Shown piece by piece: positions 1 to 12,989 of a stretch of 64,000 nt of DNA. Origin of the DNA: Eledone cirrhosa (lineage: Eukaryota); the NCBI GenBank assembly GCA_964016885.1, contig OZ024760.1, positions 17,670,001 to 17,734,000 of the forward strand, in the 5' to 3' direction. Position 1 is the first letter of the stretch. Each line of letters starts with the position of its first letter. Both the position numbers and the translations under genes were made by a program. A model generated the notes under the pieces. That model had not been told where the DNA came from and made no database searches. It worked only from the letters and a program-made list of their open reading frames with translations.

Positions 1-3000
1 TTTTTTTAAAAAATCAGGCGGAGATAATTTGTAAAAAAATCAAGGGGAGATAATTTGCAGCCGTCCAAGGGGAGATAATTTTCAGTCGTCCAAGGAGAGG
101 TAATTTCTAGCCGTCCAAGGGGAGATAATTTCCAGCCGTCCAAGGGGAGATAATTTCCAGCCGTCCAAGGGGAGATAATTTTTTTAAAAAAATCAGGCGG
201 AGATAATTTGTGAAAAAAATCAGGGGGAGATAATTTGTAAAAAAAATCAGGGGGAGATAATTTGTAAAAAAAAATCAGGGGGAGATAATTTGTAAAAAAA
301 ATCAAGGAGAGATAATTTCCAGCCGTCCAAGGGAAGATAATTTCCAGCCCTCCAAGTGGCTATAATTTCCAGTGTCCAAGGGGAGATAATTTCCAGCCAG
401 CGAAGGGGAGATAATTTTTTTTAAAAAATCAGGGGGAGATTTGTAAAAAAAATCAGGGGGAGATAATTTGTAAAAAAAATCAAAGGGAGATAATTTCCAG
501 CCGTCCAAAGAGAGATAATTTCTAGCCGTCCAAGGAGAGGTAATTTCTAGCCGTCCAAGGGGAGATAATTTCCAGCCGTCCAAGGGGAGATAATTTCCAG
601 CCGTCCAAGGGGAGATAATTTTTTTAAAAAAATCAGGCGGAGATAATTTGTAAAAAAAAATCAGGGGGAGATAATTTGTAAAAAAAAATCAGGGGGAGAT
701 AATTTGTAAAAAAAATCAAGGGGAGATAATTTCCAGCCGTCCAAGGGAAGATAATTTCCAGCCCTCCAAGGGGCTATAATTTCCAGCGTCCAAGGGGAGA
801 TAATTTCCAGCCAGCGAAGGGGAGATAATTTTTTTTAAAAAATCATTGGGAGATTTGTAAAAAAAATCAGGGGGAGATAATTTGTAAAAAAAATCAAGGG
901 GAGATAATTTCCAGCCGTCCAAGGGGAGGTAATATCTAGCCGTCCAAGGGGAGATAATTTCCAGCCGTCCAAGGGGAGATAATTTCCAGCTGTCCAAGGG
1001 TAGATAATATCCAGCCGTCCAAGGAGACATATTTTCCAGCCGTCCAAGGAGAGGTAATTTCTAGCCGTCCAAAGGGAGATAAATTCCAGCCTCCAAGGGG
1101 AGAATATTTCCAGCCAGCCAAGGGGAGATAATTTGTAAAAAGATCAGGGGGAGATAATTTGTAAAAAAAATCAGGGGGAGATAATTTGTAAAAAAAATCA
1201 GGGTGAGATAATTTGTAAAAAAAAATCAGGGGGAGATAATTTGTAAAAAAAATCAAGGGGAGATAATTTCCAGCCGTCCAAGGGGAGATAATTTTCAGCC
1301 GTCCTAGGGGAGATAATTTCCCGCCAGCCAAGGGAAGATAATATTTAAAAAAATCAGGCGGAGATAATTTGTAAAAAAAATCAGGTGGAGATAATTTGTA
1401 AAAAAATCAGGGGGAGATAATTTGTAAAAAAAAATCAGGGGTAGATAATTTGTAAAAAAAAATAAGGGGGAGATAATTTGTAAAAAAAAATCAGGGGGAG
1501 ATAATTTGTAAAAAAAATCAAGGGGGGATAATTTGTAAAAAAAATCAAGGGGAGATAATTTCCAGCCGTCCAAGGGGAGATAATTTTCAGCCGTCCAAGG
1601 AGAGGTAATTTCAAGCCGTCCAAGGGGAGATAATTTCCAGCCGTCCAAGGGGAGATAATTTCCAGCCGTCCAAGGGGAGATAATTTCCAGACGTCCAAGG
1701 GTACATAATATCCAGCCGTCCAAGGAGACATATTTGCCAGCCGTCCAAGGAGAGGTAATTTCTAGCCGTCCAAAGGGAGATAAATTCCAGCCTCCAAGGG
1801 GAGATAATTTCCAGCCAGCCAAGGGGAGATAATTTGTAAAAAAATCAGGGGGAAATAATTTGTAAAAAAAATCAGGGGGAGATAATTTGTAAAAAAAAAT
1901 CAGGGGGAGATAATTTGTAAAAAAAAATCAGGGGGAGATAATTTGTAAAAAAAAATCAGGAGGAGATAATTTGTAAAAAAAATCAAGGGGAGATAATTTC
2001 CACCCGTCCAAGGGGAGATAATTTTCAGCCGTCCAAGGGGAGATAATTTCCCGCCAGCCAAGGGAAGATAATATTTAAAAAAATCAGGCGGAGATAATTT
2101 GTAAAAAAAATCAGGGGGAGATAATTTGTAAAAAAATCAGGGGGAGATAATTTGTAAAAAAAAATCAGGAGTAGATAATTTGTAAAAAAAAATCAGGGGG
2201 AGATAATTTGTAAAAAAAAATCAGGGGGAGATAATTTGTAAAAAAAATCAAGGGGAGATAATTTGTAAAAAAAATCAAGGGGAGATAATTTCAGAGCCGT
2301 CCAAGTGGAAATAATTTCCAGCCGTCCAAGGAGAGATAATTTAAAAAAAAAATCAGGCGGAGATAATTTGTAAAAAAAAATCAGGGGGAGATAATTTGTA
2401 AAAAAAAATCAGGGGGAGATAATTTGTAAAAAAAATCAAGGGGAGATAATTTGCAGCCGTCCAAGGGGAGATAATTTTCAGTCGTCCAAGGAGAGGTAAT
2501 TTCTAGCCGTCCAAGGGGAGATAATTTCCAGCCGTCCAAGGGGAGATAATTTCCAGCCGTCCAAGGGGAGATAATTTTTTGGAAAAAATCAGGCGGAGAT
2601 AATTTGTGAAAAAAATCAGGGGGAGATAATTTGTAAAAAAAAATCAGGGGGAGATAATTTGTAAAAAAAAATCAGGGGGAGATAATTTGTAAAAAAAAAT
2701 CAAGGAGAGATAATTTCCAGCCGTCCAAGGGAAGATAATTTCCAGCCCTCCAAGTGGCTATAATTTCCAGTGTCCAAGGGGAGATAATTTCCAGCCAGCG
2801 AAGGGGAGATAATTTTTTTTTAAAAATCAGGGGGAGATTTGTAAAAAAAATCAGGGGGAGATAATTTGTAAAAAAAATCAAAGGGAGATAATTTCCAGCC
2901 GTCCAAAGAGAGATAATTTCTAGCCGTCCAAGGGGAGATAATTTCGAGCCAAGGGGAGATAATTTCCAGCCGTCCAAGGGGAGATAATTTTTTAAAAAAT

Positions 3001-6000
3001 CAGGTGGAGATAATTTGTAAAAAAAATCAGGGGGAGATAATTTGTAAAAACAAAATCAAGGGCAGATAATTTCCTGCTGTCCAAGGGGAGATAATTTCCA
3101 GCCGTGCAAGGGGAGATAATTTCCAGCCGTCCAAGGGGAGATAATTTCCATCCTTCCAAGGGGAGATAATTTCCAGCCGTCCAAGGGGAGATAATTTCCC
3201 GCCAGCCAAGGGAAGATAATTTTTTAAAAAATCAGGCGGAGATTGTAAAAAAAATCAGGGGGAGGTAATTTGTAAAAAAAAATCAGGGGGAGATAATTTG
3301 TAAAAAAAATCAGGGGTAGATAATTTGTAAAAAAAATCAGGGGGAGATAATTTGTAAAAAAAAATCAGGGGGAGATAATTTGTAAAAAAAATCAAGGGGA
3401 GATAATTTGCAGCCGTCCAAGGGGAGATAATTTTCAGCCGTCCAAGGAGAGGTAATTTCTAGCCGTCCAAGGGGAGATAATTTCCAGCCGTCCAAGGGGA
3501 GATAATTTCCAGCCGTCCAAGGGGAGATAATTTTTTTTTTAAAATCAGGCGGAGATAATTTGTAAAAAAAAAATCAGGGGGAGATAATTTGTAAAAAAAA
3601 ATCAGGGTGAGATAATTTGTAAAAAAAAATCAGGGGGAGATAATTTGTAAAAAAAATCAAGGGGAGATAATTTCCAGCCGTCCAAGGGAAGATAATTTCC
3701 AGCCCTCCAAGAGGCTATAATTTCCAGCGTCCAAGGGGAGATAATTTCCAGCCAGCGAAGGGGAGATAATTTTTTTTAAAAAATCATTGGGAGATTTGTA
3801 AAAAAAAACAGGGGGAGATAATTTGTAAAAAAAATCAAGGGGAGATAATTTCCAGCCGTCCAAGGGGAGGTAATATCTAGCCGTCCAAGGGGAGATAATT
3901 TCCAGCCGTCCAAGGGGAGATAATTTCCAGCCGTCCAAGGGTAGATAATATCCAGCCGTCCAAGGAGACATATTTTCCAGCCGTCCAAGGAGAGGTAATT
4001 TCTAGCCGTCCAAAGGGAGATAAATTCCAGCCTCCAAGGGGAGATAATTTCCAGCCAGCCAAGGGGAGATAATTTGTAAAAAGATCAGGGGGAGATAATT
4101 TGTAAAAAAAAATCAGGGGGAGATAATTTGTAAAAAAAAATCAGGGGGAGATAATTTGTAAAAAAAAATCAGGGGGAGATAATTTGTAAAAAAAATCAAG
4201 GGGAGATAATTTCCAGCCGTCCAAGGGGAGATAATTTTCAGCCGTCCAAGGGGAGATAATTTCCCGCCAGCCAAGGGAAGATAATATTTAAAAAAATCAG
4301 GCGGAGATAATTTGTAAAAAAAATCAGGGGGAGATAATTTGTAAAAAAATCAGGGGGAGATAATTTGTAAAAAAAAATCAGGGGTAGATAATTTGTAAAA
4401 AAAAATCAGGGGGAGATAATTTGTAAAAAAAATCAAGGGGAGATAATTTGTAAAAAAAATCAAGGGGAGATAATTTCCAGCCGTCCAAGGGAAGATAATT
4501 TTTTAAAAAATCAGGCGGAGATTGTAAAAAAAATCAGGGGGAGGTAATTTGTAAAAAAAAATCAGGGGGAGATAATTTGTAAAAAAAAATCAGGGGTAGA
4601 TAATTTGTAAAAAAAATCAGGGGGAGATAATTTGTAAAAAAAAATCAGGGGGAGATAATTTGTAAAAAAAATCAAGGGGAGATAATTTGCAGCCGTCCAA
4701 GGGGAGATAATTTTCAGCCGTCCAAGGAGAGGTAATTTCTAGCCGTCCAAGGGGAGATAATTTCCAGCCAGCGAAGGGGAGATAATTTTTTTTTAAAAAT
4801 CATTGGGAGATTTGTAAAAACAATCAGGGGGAGATAATTTGTAAAAAAAATCAAGGGGAGATAATTTCCAGCCGTCCAAGGGGAGGTAATATCTAGCCGT
4901 CCAAGGGGAGATAATTTCCAGCCGTCCAAGGGGAGATAATTTCCAGCCGTCCAAGGGTAGATAATATCCAGCCGTCCAAGGAGACATATTTTCCAGCCGT
5001 CCAAGGAGAGGTAATTTCTAGCCGTCCAAAGGGAGATAAATTCCAGCCTCCAAGGGGAGATAATTTCCAGCCAGCCAAGGGGAGATAATTTGTAAAAAAA
5101 TCAGGGGGAGATAATTTGTAAAAAAAAATCAGGGGGAGATAATTTGTAAAAAAAAATCAGGGGGAGATAATTTGTAAAAAAAAATCAGGGGGAGATAATT
5201 TGTAAAAAAAATCAAGGGGAGATAATTTCCAGCCGTCAAAGGGGAGATAATTTTCAGCCGTCCAAGGGGAGATAATTTCCCGCCAGCCAAGGGAAGATAA
5301 TATTTAAAAAAATCAGGCGGAGATAATTTGTAAAAAAATCAGGGGGAGATAATTTGTAAAAAAATCAGGGGGAGATAATTTGTAAAAAAAAATCAGGGGT
5401 AGATAATTGGTAAAAAAAAATCAGGGGGAGATAATTTGTAAAAAAAAATCAGGGGGAGATAATTTGTAAAAAAAATCAAAGGGAGATAATTTTTAAAAAA
5501 AATCAAGGGGAGATAATTTCCAGCCGTCCAAGGGGAGATAATTTTCAGCCGTCCAAGGAGAGGTAATTTCAAGCCGTCCAAGGGGAGATAATTTCCAGCC
5601 GTCCAAGGGGAGATAATTTCCAGCCGTCCAAGGGGAGATAATTTTTTTAAAAAATCAGGCGGAGATAATTTGTAAAAAAAATCAGGGGAAGATAATTTGT
5701 AAAAAGAAATCAGGGGGAGATAATTTGTAAAAAAAAATCAGGGGGAGATAATTTGTAAAAAAAAATCAGGGGGAGATAATTTGTAAAAAAAATCAAGGGG
5801 AGATAATTTCCAGCCGTCCAAGGGGAGATAATTTTCAGCCGTCCAAGGGGAGATAATTTCCCGCCAGCCAAGGGAAGATAATATTTAAAAAAATCAGGAT
5901 GATAATTTGTAAAAAAAATCAGGGGGAGATAATTTGTAAAAAAATCAGGGGGAGATAATTTGTAAAAAAAAATCAGGGGTAGATAATTTGTAAAAAAAAA

Positions 6001-9000
6001 TCAGGGGGAGATAATTTGTAAAAAAAAATCAGGGGGAGATAATTTGTAAAAAAAATCAAGGGGAGATAATTTCCAGCCGTCCAAGGAGAGGTAATTTCAA
6101 GCCGTCCAAGGGGAGATAATTTCCAGCCGTCCAAGGGGAGATAATTTCCAGCCGTCCAAGGGGAGATAATTTCCAGCCGTCCAAGGGTAGATAAAATCCA
6201 GCCGTCCAAGGAGACATATTTGCCAGCCGTCCAAGGAGAGGTAATTTCTAGCCGTCCAAAGGGAGATAAATTCCAGCCTCCAAGGGGAGATAATTTCCAG
6301 CCAGCCAAGGGGAGATAATTTGTAAAAAAATCAGGGGGAGATAATTTGTAAAAAAAATCAGGGGGAGATAATTTGTAAAAAAAAATCAGGGGGAGATAAT
6401 TTGTAAAAAAAAATCAGGGGGAGATAATTTGTAAAAAAAATCAAGGGGAGATAATTTCCAGCCGTCCAAGGGGAGATAATTTTCAGCCGTCCAAGGGGAG
6501 ATAATTTCCCGCCAGCCAAGGGATGATAATATTTAAAAAAATCAGGCGGAGATAATTTGTAATAAAAATCAGGGGAAGATAATTTGTAAAAAAATCAGGG
6601 GGAGATAATTTGTAAAAAAAAATCAGGGGTAGATAATTTGTAAAAAAAAATAAGGGGGAGATAATTTGTAAAAAAAAATCAGGGGGAGATAATTTGTAAA
6701 AAAAATCAAGGGGAGATAATTTGTAAAAAAAATCAAGGGGAGATAATTTCCAGCCGTCCAAGGGGAGATAATTTTCAGCCCTCCAAGGAGAGGTAATTTC
6801 AAGCCGTCCAAGGGGAGATAATTTCCAGCCGTCCAAGGGGAGATAATTTCCAGCCGTCCAAGGGGAGATAATATTTTTAAAAAAATCAGGCGGAGATAAT
6901 TTGTAAAAAAAATCAGGGGGAGATAATTTGTAAAAACAAATCAGGGGGAGATAATTTGTAAAAAGAAATCAGGGGGAGATAATTTGTAAAAAAAAATCAG
7001 GGGGAGATAATTTGTAAAAAAAATCAAGGGGAGATAATTTCCAGCCGTCCAAGGGGAGATAATTTTCAGCCGTCCAAGGGGAGATAATTTCCCGCCAGCC
7101 AAGGGGAGATAATATTTAAAAAAATCAGGCGGAGATAATTTGTAAAAAAAATTAGGGGGAGATAATTTGTAAAAAAATCAGGGGGAGATAATTTGTAAAA
7201 AAAAATCAGGGGTAGATAATTTGTAAAAAAAAATCAGGGGAGATAATTTGTAAAAAAAAATCAGGGGGAGATAATTTGTAAAAAAAATCAAGGGGCGATA
7301 ATTTGTAAAAAAAATCAAGGGGAGATAATTTCCAGCCGTCCAAGGGGAGATAATTTTCAGCCGTCCAAGGAGAGGTAATTTCAAGCCGTCCAAGGGGAGA
7401 TAATTTCCAGCCGTCCAAGGGGAAATAATTTCCAGCCGTCCAAGGGGAGATAATTTCCAGCCGTCCAAGGGTAGATAATATCCAGCCGTCCAAGGAGACA
7501 TATTTGCCAGCCGTCCAAGGAGAGGTAATTTCTAGCCGTCCAAAGGGAGATAAATTCCAGCCTCCAAGGGGAGATAATTTCCAGCCAGCCAAGGGGAGAT
7601 AATTTGTAAAAAAATCAGGGGGAGATAATTTGTAAAAAAAATCAGGGAGATAATTTGTAAAAAAAAATCAGGGGGAGATAATTTGTAAAAAAAAAATCAG
7701 GGGGAGATAATTTGTAAAAAAAAATCAGGGGGAGATAATTTGTAAAAAAAATCAAGGGGAGATAATTTCCACCCGTCCAAGGGGAGATAATTTTCAGCCG
7801 TCCAAGGGGAGATAATTTCCCGCCAGCCAAGGGAAGATAATATTTAAAAAAATCAGGCGGAGATAATTTGTAAAAAAAATCAGGGGGAGATAATTTGTAA
7901 AAAAATCAGGGGGAGATAATTTGTAAAAAAAAATCAGGGGTAGATAATTTGTAAAAAAAAATCAGGGGGAGATAATTTGTAAAAAAAAATCAGGGGGAGA
8001 TAATTTGTAAAAAAAATCAAGGGGAGATAATTTGTAAAAAAAATCAAGGGGAGATAATTTCCAGCCGTCCAAGGGGAAATAATTTCCAGCCGTCCAAGGA
8101 GAGATAATTTTAAAAAAAAATCAGGCGGAGATAATTTGTAAAAAAAAATCAGGGGGAGATAATTCGTAAAAAAAAATCAGGCGGAAATAATTTGTAAAAA
8201 AAATCAAGGGGAGATAATTTCCAGCCGTCCAAGGGGAGATAATTTTCAGCCGTCCAAGGAGAGGTAATTTCAAGCCGTCCAAGGGGAGATAATTTCCAGC
8301 CGTCCAAGGGGAGATAATTTCCAGCCGTCCAAGGGGAGATAATTTTTTAAAAAATCAGGCAGAGATAATTTGTAAAAAAATCAAGGGGAGATAATTTGCA
8401 GCCGTCCAAGGGGAGATAATTTTCAGTCGTCCAAGGAGAGGTAATTTCTAGCCGTCCAAGGGGAGATAATTTCCAGCCGTCCAAGGGGAGATAATTTCCA
8501 GCCGTCCAAGGGGAGATAATTTTTTTAAAAAAATCAGGCGGAGATAATTTGTGAAAAAAATCAGGGGGAGATAATTTGTAAAAAAAAATCAGGGGGAGAT
8601 AATTTGTAAAAAAAAATCAGGGGGAGATAATTTGTAAAAAAAATCAAGGAGAGATAATTTCCAGCCGTCCAAGGGAAGATAATTTCCAGCCCTCCAAGTG
8701 GCTATAATTTCCAGTGTCCAAGGGGAGATAATTTCCAGCCAGCGAAGGGGAGATAATTTTTTTTAAAAAATCAGGGGGAGATTTGTAAAAAAAATCAGGG
8801 GGAGATAATTTGTAAAAAAAAATCAGGGGGAGATAATTTGTAAAAAAAATCAAGGGGAGATAATTTGTAAAAAAAATCAAGGGGAGATAATTTCCAGCCG
8901 TCCAAGGGGAAATAATTTCCAGCCGTCCAAGGAGAGATAATTTTAAAAAAAAATCAGGCGGAGATAATTTGTAAAAAAAAATCAGGGGGAGATAATTCGT

Positions 9001-12000
9001 AAAAAAAAATCAGGCGGAAATAATTTGTAAAAAAAATCAAGGGGAGATAATTTCCAGCCGTCCAAGGGGAGATAATTTTCAGCCGTCCAAGGAGAGGTAA
9101 TTTCAAGCCGTCCAAGGGGAGATAATTTCCAGCCGTCCAAGGGGAGATAATTTCCAGCCGTCCAAGGGGAGATAATTTTTTAAAAAAATCAGGCAGAGAT
9201 AATTTGTAAAAAAATCAAGGGGAGATAATTTGCAGCCGTCCAAGGGGAGATAATTTTCAGTCGTCCAAGGAGAGGTAATTTCTAGCCGTCCAAGGGGAGA
9301 TAATTTCCAGCCGTCCAAGGGGAGATAATTTCCAGCCGTCCAAGGGGAGATAATTTTTTTAAAAAAATCAGGCGGAGATAATTTGTGAAAAAAATCAGGG
9401 GGAGATAATTTGTAAAAAAAAATCAGGGGGAGATAATTTGTAAAAAAAAATCAGGGGGAGATAATTTGTAAAAAAAATCAAGGAGAGATAATTTCCAGCC
9501 GTCCAAGGGAAGATAATTTCCAGCCCTCCAAGTGGCTATAATTTCCAGTGTCCAAGGGGAGATAATTTCCAGCCAGCGAAGGGGAGATAATTTTTTTTAA
9601 AAAATCAGGGGGAGATTTGTAAAAAAAATCAGGGGGAGATAATTTGTAAAAAAAATCAAAGGGAGATAATTTCCAGCCGTCCAAAGAGAGATAATTTCTA
9701 GCCGTCCAAGGGGAGATAATTTCCAGCCGTGCAAGGGGAGATAATTTCCAGCCGTCCAAGGGGAGATAATTTCCATCCTTCCAAGGGGAGATAATTTCCA
9801 GCCGTCCAAGGGGAGATAATTTCCCGCCAGCCAAGGGAAGATAATTTTTTAAAAAATCAGGCGGAGATTGTAAAAAAAATCAGGGGGAGGTAATTTGTAA
9901 AAAAAATCAGGGGGAGATAATTTGTAAAAAAAATCAGGGGTAGATAATTTGTAAAAAAAATCAGGGGGAGATAATTTGTAAAAAAAAATCAGGGGAGATA
10001 ATTTGTAAAAAAAATCAAGGGGAGATAATTTGCAGCCGTCCAAGGGGAGATAATTTTCAGCCGTCCAAGGAGAGGTAATTTCTAGCCGTCCAAGGGGAGA
10101 TAATTTCCAGCCGTCCAAGGGGAGATAATTTCCAGCCGTCCAAGAGGAGATAATTTTTTTAAAAAAATCAGGCGGAGATAATTTGTAAAAAAAATCAGGA
10201 TGAGATTATTTGCAGCCGTCCAAGGAGACATATTTTCCAGCCGTCCAAGGAGAGGTAATTTCTAGCCGTCCAAAGGGAGATAAATTCCAGCCTCCAAGGG
10301 GAGATAATTTCCAGCCAGCCAAGGGGAGATAATTTGTAAAAAGATCAGGGGGAGATAATTTGTAAAAAAAATCAGGGGGAGATAATTTGTAAAAAAAAAT
10401 CAGGGGGAGATAATTTGTAAAAAAAAATCAGGGGGAGATAATTTGTAAAAAAAATCAAGGGGAGATAATTTCCAGCCGTCCAAGGGGAGATAATTTCCAG
10501 CCGTCCAAGGGTAGATAATATCCAGCCGTCCAAGGAGACATATTTGCCAGCCGTCCAAGGAGAGGTAATTTCTAGCCGTCCAAAGGGAGATAAATTCCAG
10601 CCTCCAAGGGGAGATAATTTCCAGCCAGCCAAGGGGAGATAATTTGGAAAAAAAATCAGGGGGAGATAATTTGTAAAAAAAAATCAGGGGGGAGATAATT
10701 TGTAAAAAAAAATCAGGGGGAGATAATTTGTAAAAAAAAATCAGGGGAGATAATTTGTAAAAAAAATCAAGGGGAGATAATTTCCAGCCGTCCAAGGGGA
10801 GATAATTTTCAGCCGTCCAAGGGGAGATAATTTCCCGCCAGCCAAGGGAAGATAATATTTAAAAAAATCAGGGGGAGATAATTTGTAAAAAAAATCAAGG
10901 GGAGATAATTTGTAAAAAAAATCAAGGGGAGATAATTTCCAGCCGTCCAAGGGGAGATAATTTTCAGCCGTCCAAGGAGAGGTCATTTCAAGCCGTCCAA
11001 GGGGAGATAATTTCCAGCCGTCCAAGGGGAGATAATTTCCAGCCGTCCAAGGGAGATAATTTTTTAAAAAAAATCAGTCGGAGATAATTTGTAAAAAAAA
11101 TCAGGGGGAGATAATTTGTAAAAAAAATCAAGGGGAGATAATTTCTACCCGTCCAAGGGGAGATAATTTTCAGCCGTCCAAGGGGAGATAATTTCCCGCC
11201 AGCCAAGGGAAGATAATATTTAAAAAAATCAGGCGGAGATAATTTGTAAAAAAAATCAGGGGGAGATAATTTGTAAAAAAATCAGGGGAGATAATTTGTA
11301 AAAAAAAATCAGGGGTAGATAATTTGTAAAAAAAAATCAGGGGGAGATAATTTGTAAAAAAAAATCAGGGGGAGATAATTTGTAAAAAAAGTCAAGGGGA
11401 GATAATTTGTAAAAAAAATCAAGGGGAGATAATTTCCAGCCGTCCAAGGGAAGATAATTTTTAAAAAAATCAGGCGGAGATTGTAAAAAAAATCAGGGGG
11501 AGGTAATTTGTAAAAAAAAATCAGGGGGAGATAATTTGTAAAAAAAATCAGGGGTAGATAATTTGTAAAAAAAATCAGGGGGAGATAATTTGTAAAAAAA
11601 AATCAGGGGGAGATAATTTGTAAAAAAAATCAAGGGGAGATAATTTGCAGCCGTCCAAGGGGAGATAATTTTCAGCCGTCCAAGGAGAGGTAATTTCTAG
11701 CCGTCCAAGGGGAGATAATTTCCAGCCGTCCAAGGGGAGATAATTTCCAGCCGTCCAAGGGAAGATAATTTTTTTAAAAAAATCAGGCGGAGATAATTTG
11801 TAAAAAAAAAATCAGGGGGAGATAATTTGTAAAAAAAAATCAGGGGGAGATAATTTGTAAAAAAAAATCAGGGGGAGATAATTTGTAAAAAAAATCAAGG
11901 GGAGAAAATTTCCATCCGTCCAAGGGGTGATAATTTCCAGCCCTCCAAGGTGCTATAATTTCCAGCCGTCCAAGGGGAGGTAATATCTAGCCGTCCAAGG

Positions 12001-12989
12001 GGAGATAATTTCCAGCCGTCCAAGGGGAGATAATTTCCAGCCGTTCAAGGGTAGATATCCAGCCGTCCAAGGAGACATATTTTCCAGCCGTCCAAGGAGA
12101 GGTAATTTCTAGCCGTCCAAAGGGAGATAATTTCCAGCCGTCCAAGGGGAGATAATTTCCAGCCGTCCAAGGGTAGATAATATCCAGCCGTCCAAGGAGA
12201 CATATTTTCCAGCCTTCCAAGGAGAGGTAATTTCTAGCCGTCCAAAGGGAGATAAATTCCAGCCTCCAAGGGGAGATAATTTCCAGCCAGCCAAGGGGAG
12301 ATAATTTGTAAAAAAATCAGGGGGAGATAATTTGTAAAAAAAATCAGGGGGAGATAATTTGTAAAAAAAAATCAGGGGGAGATAATTTGTAAAAAAAAAT
12401 CAGGGGGAGATAATTTGTAAAAAAAAATCAGGGGGAGATAATTTGTAAAAAAAATCAAGGGGAGATAATTTCCAGCCGTCCAAGGGGAGGTAATATCTAG
12501 CCGTCCAAGGGGAGATAATTTCCAGCCCTCCAAGGGGAGATAATTTCCAGCCGTCCAAGGGTAGATAATATCCAGCCGTCCAAGGAGACATATTTTCCAG
12601 CCGTCCAAGGAGAGGTAATTTCTAGCCGTCCAAAGGGAGATAAATTCCAGCCTCCAAGGGGAGATAATTTCCAGCCAGCCAAGGGGAGATAATTTGTAAA
12701 AAAATCAGGGGGAGATAATTTGTAAAAAAAAATAAGGGGGAGATAATTTGTAAAAAAAAATCAGGGGGAGATAATTTGTAAAAAAAATCAAGGGGAGATA
12801 ATTCCAGCCGTCCAAGGGGAGATAATTTTCAGCCGTCCAAGGGGAGATAATTTCCCGCCAGCCAAGGGAAGATAAAATTTAAAAAAATCAGGATGATAAT
12901 TTGTAAAAAAAATCAGGGGGAGATAATTTGTAAAAAAATCAGGGGGAGATAATTTTTAAAAAAAAATCATGGGTAGATAATTTTTTAAA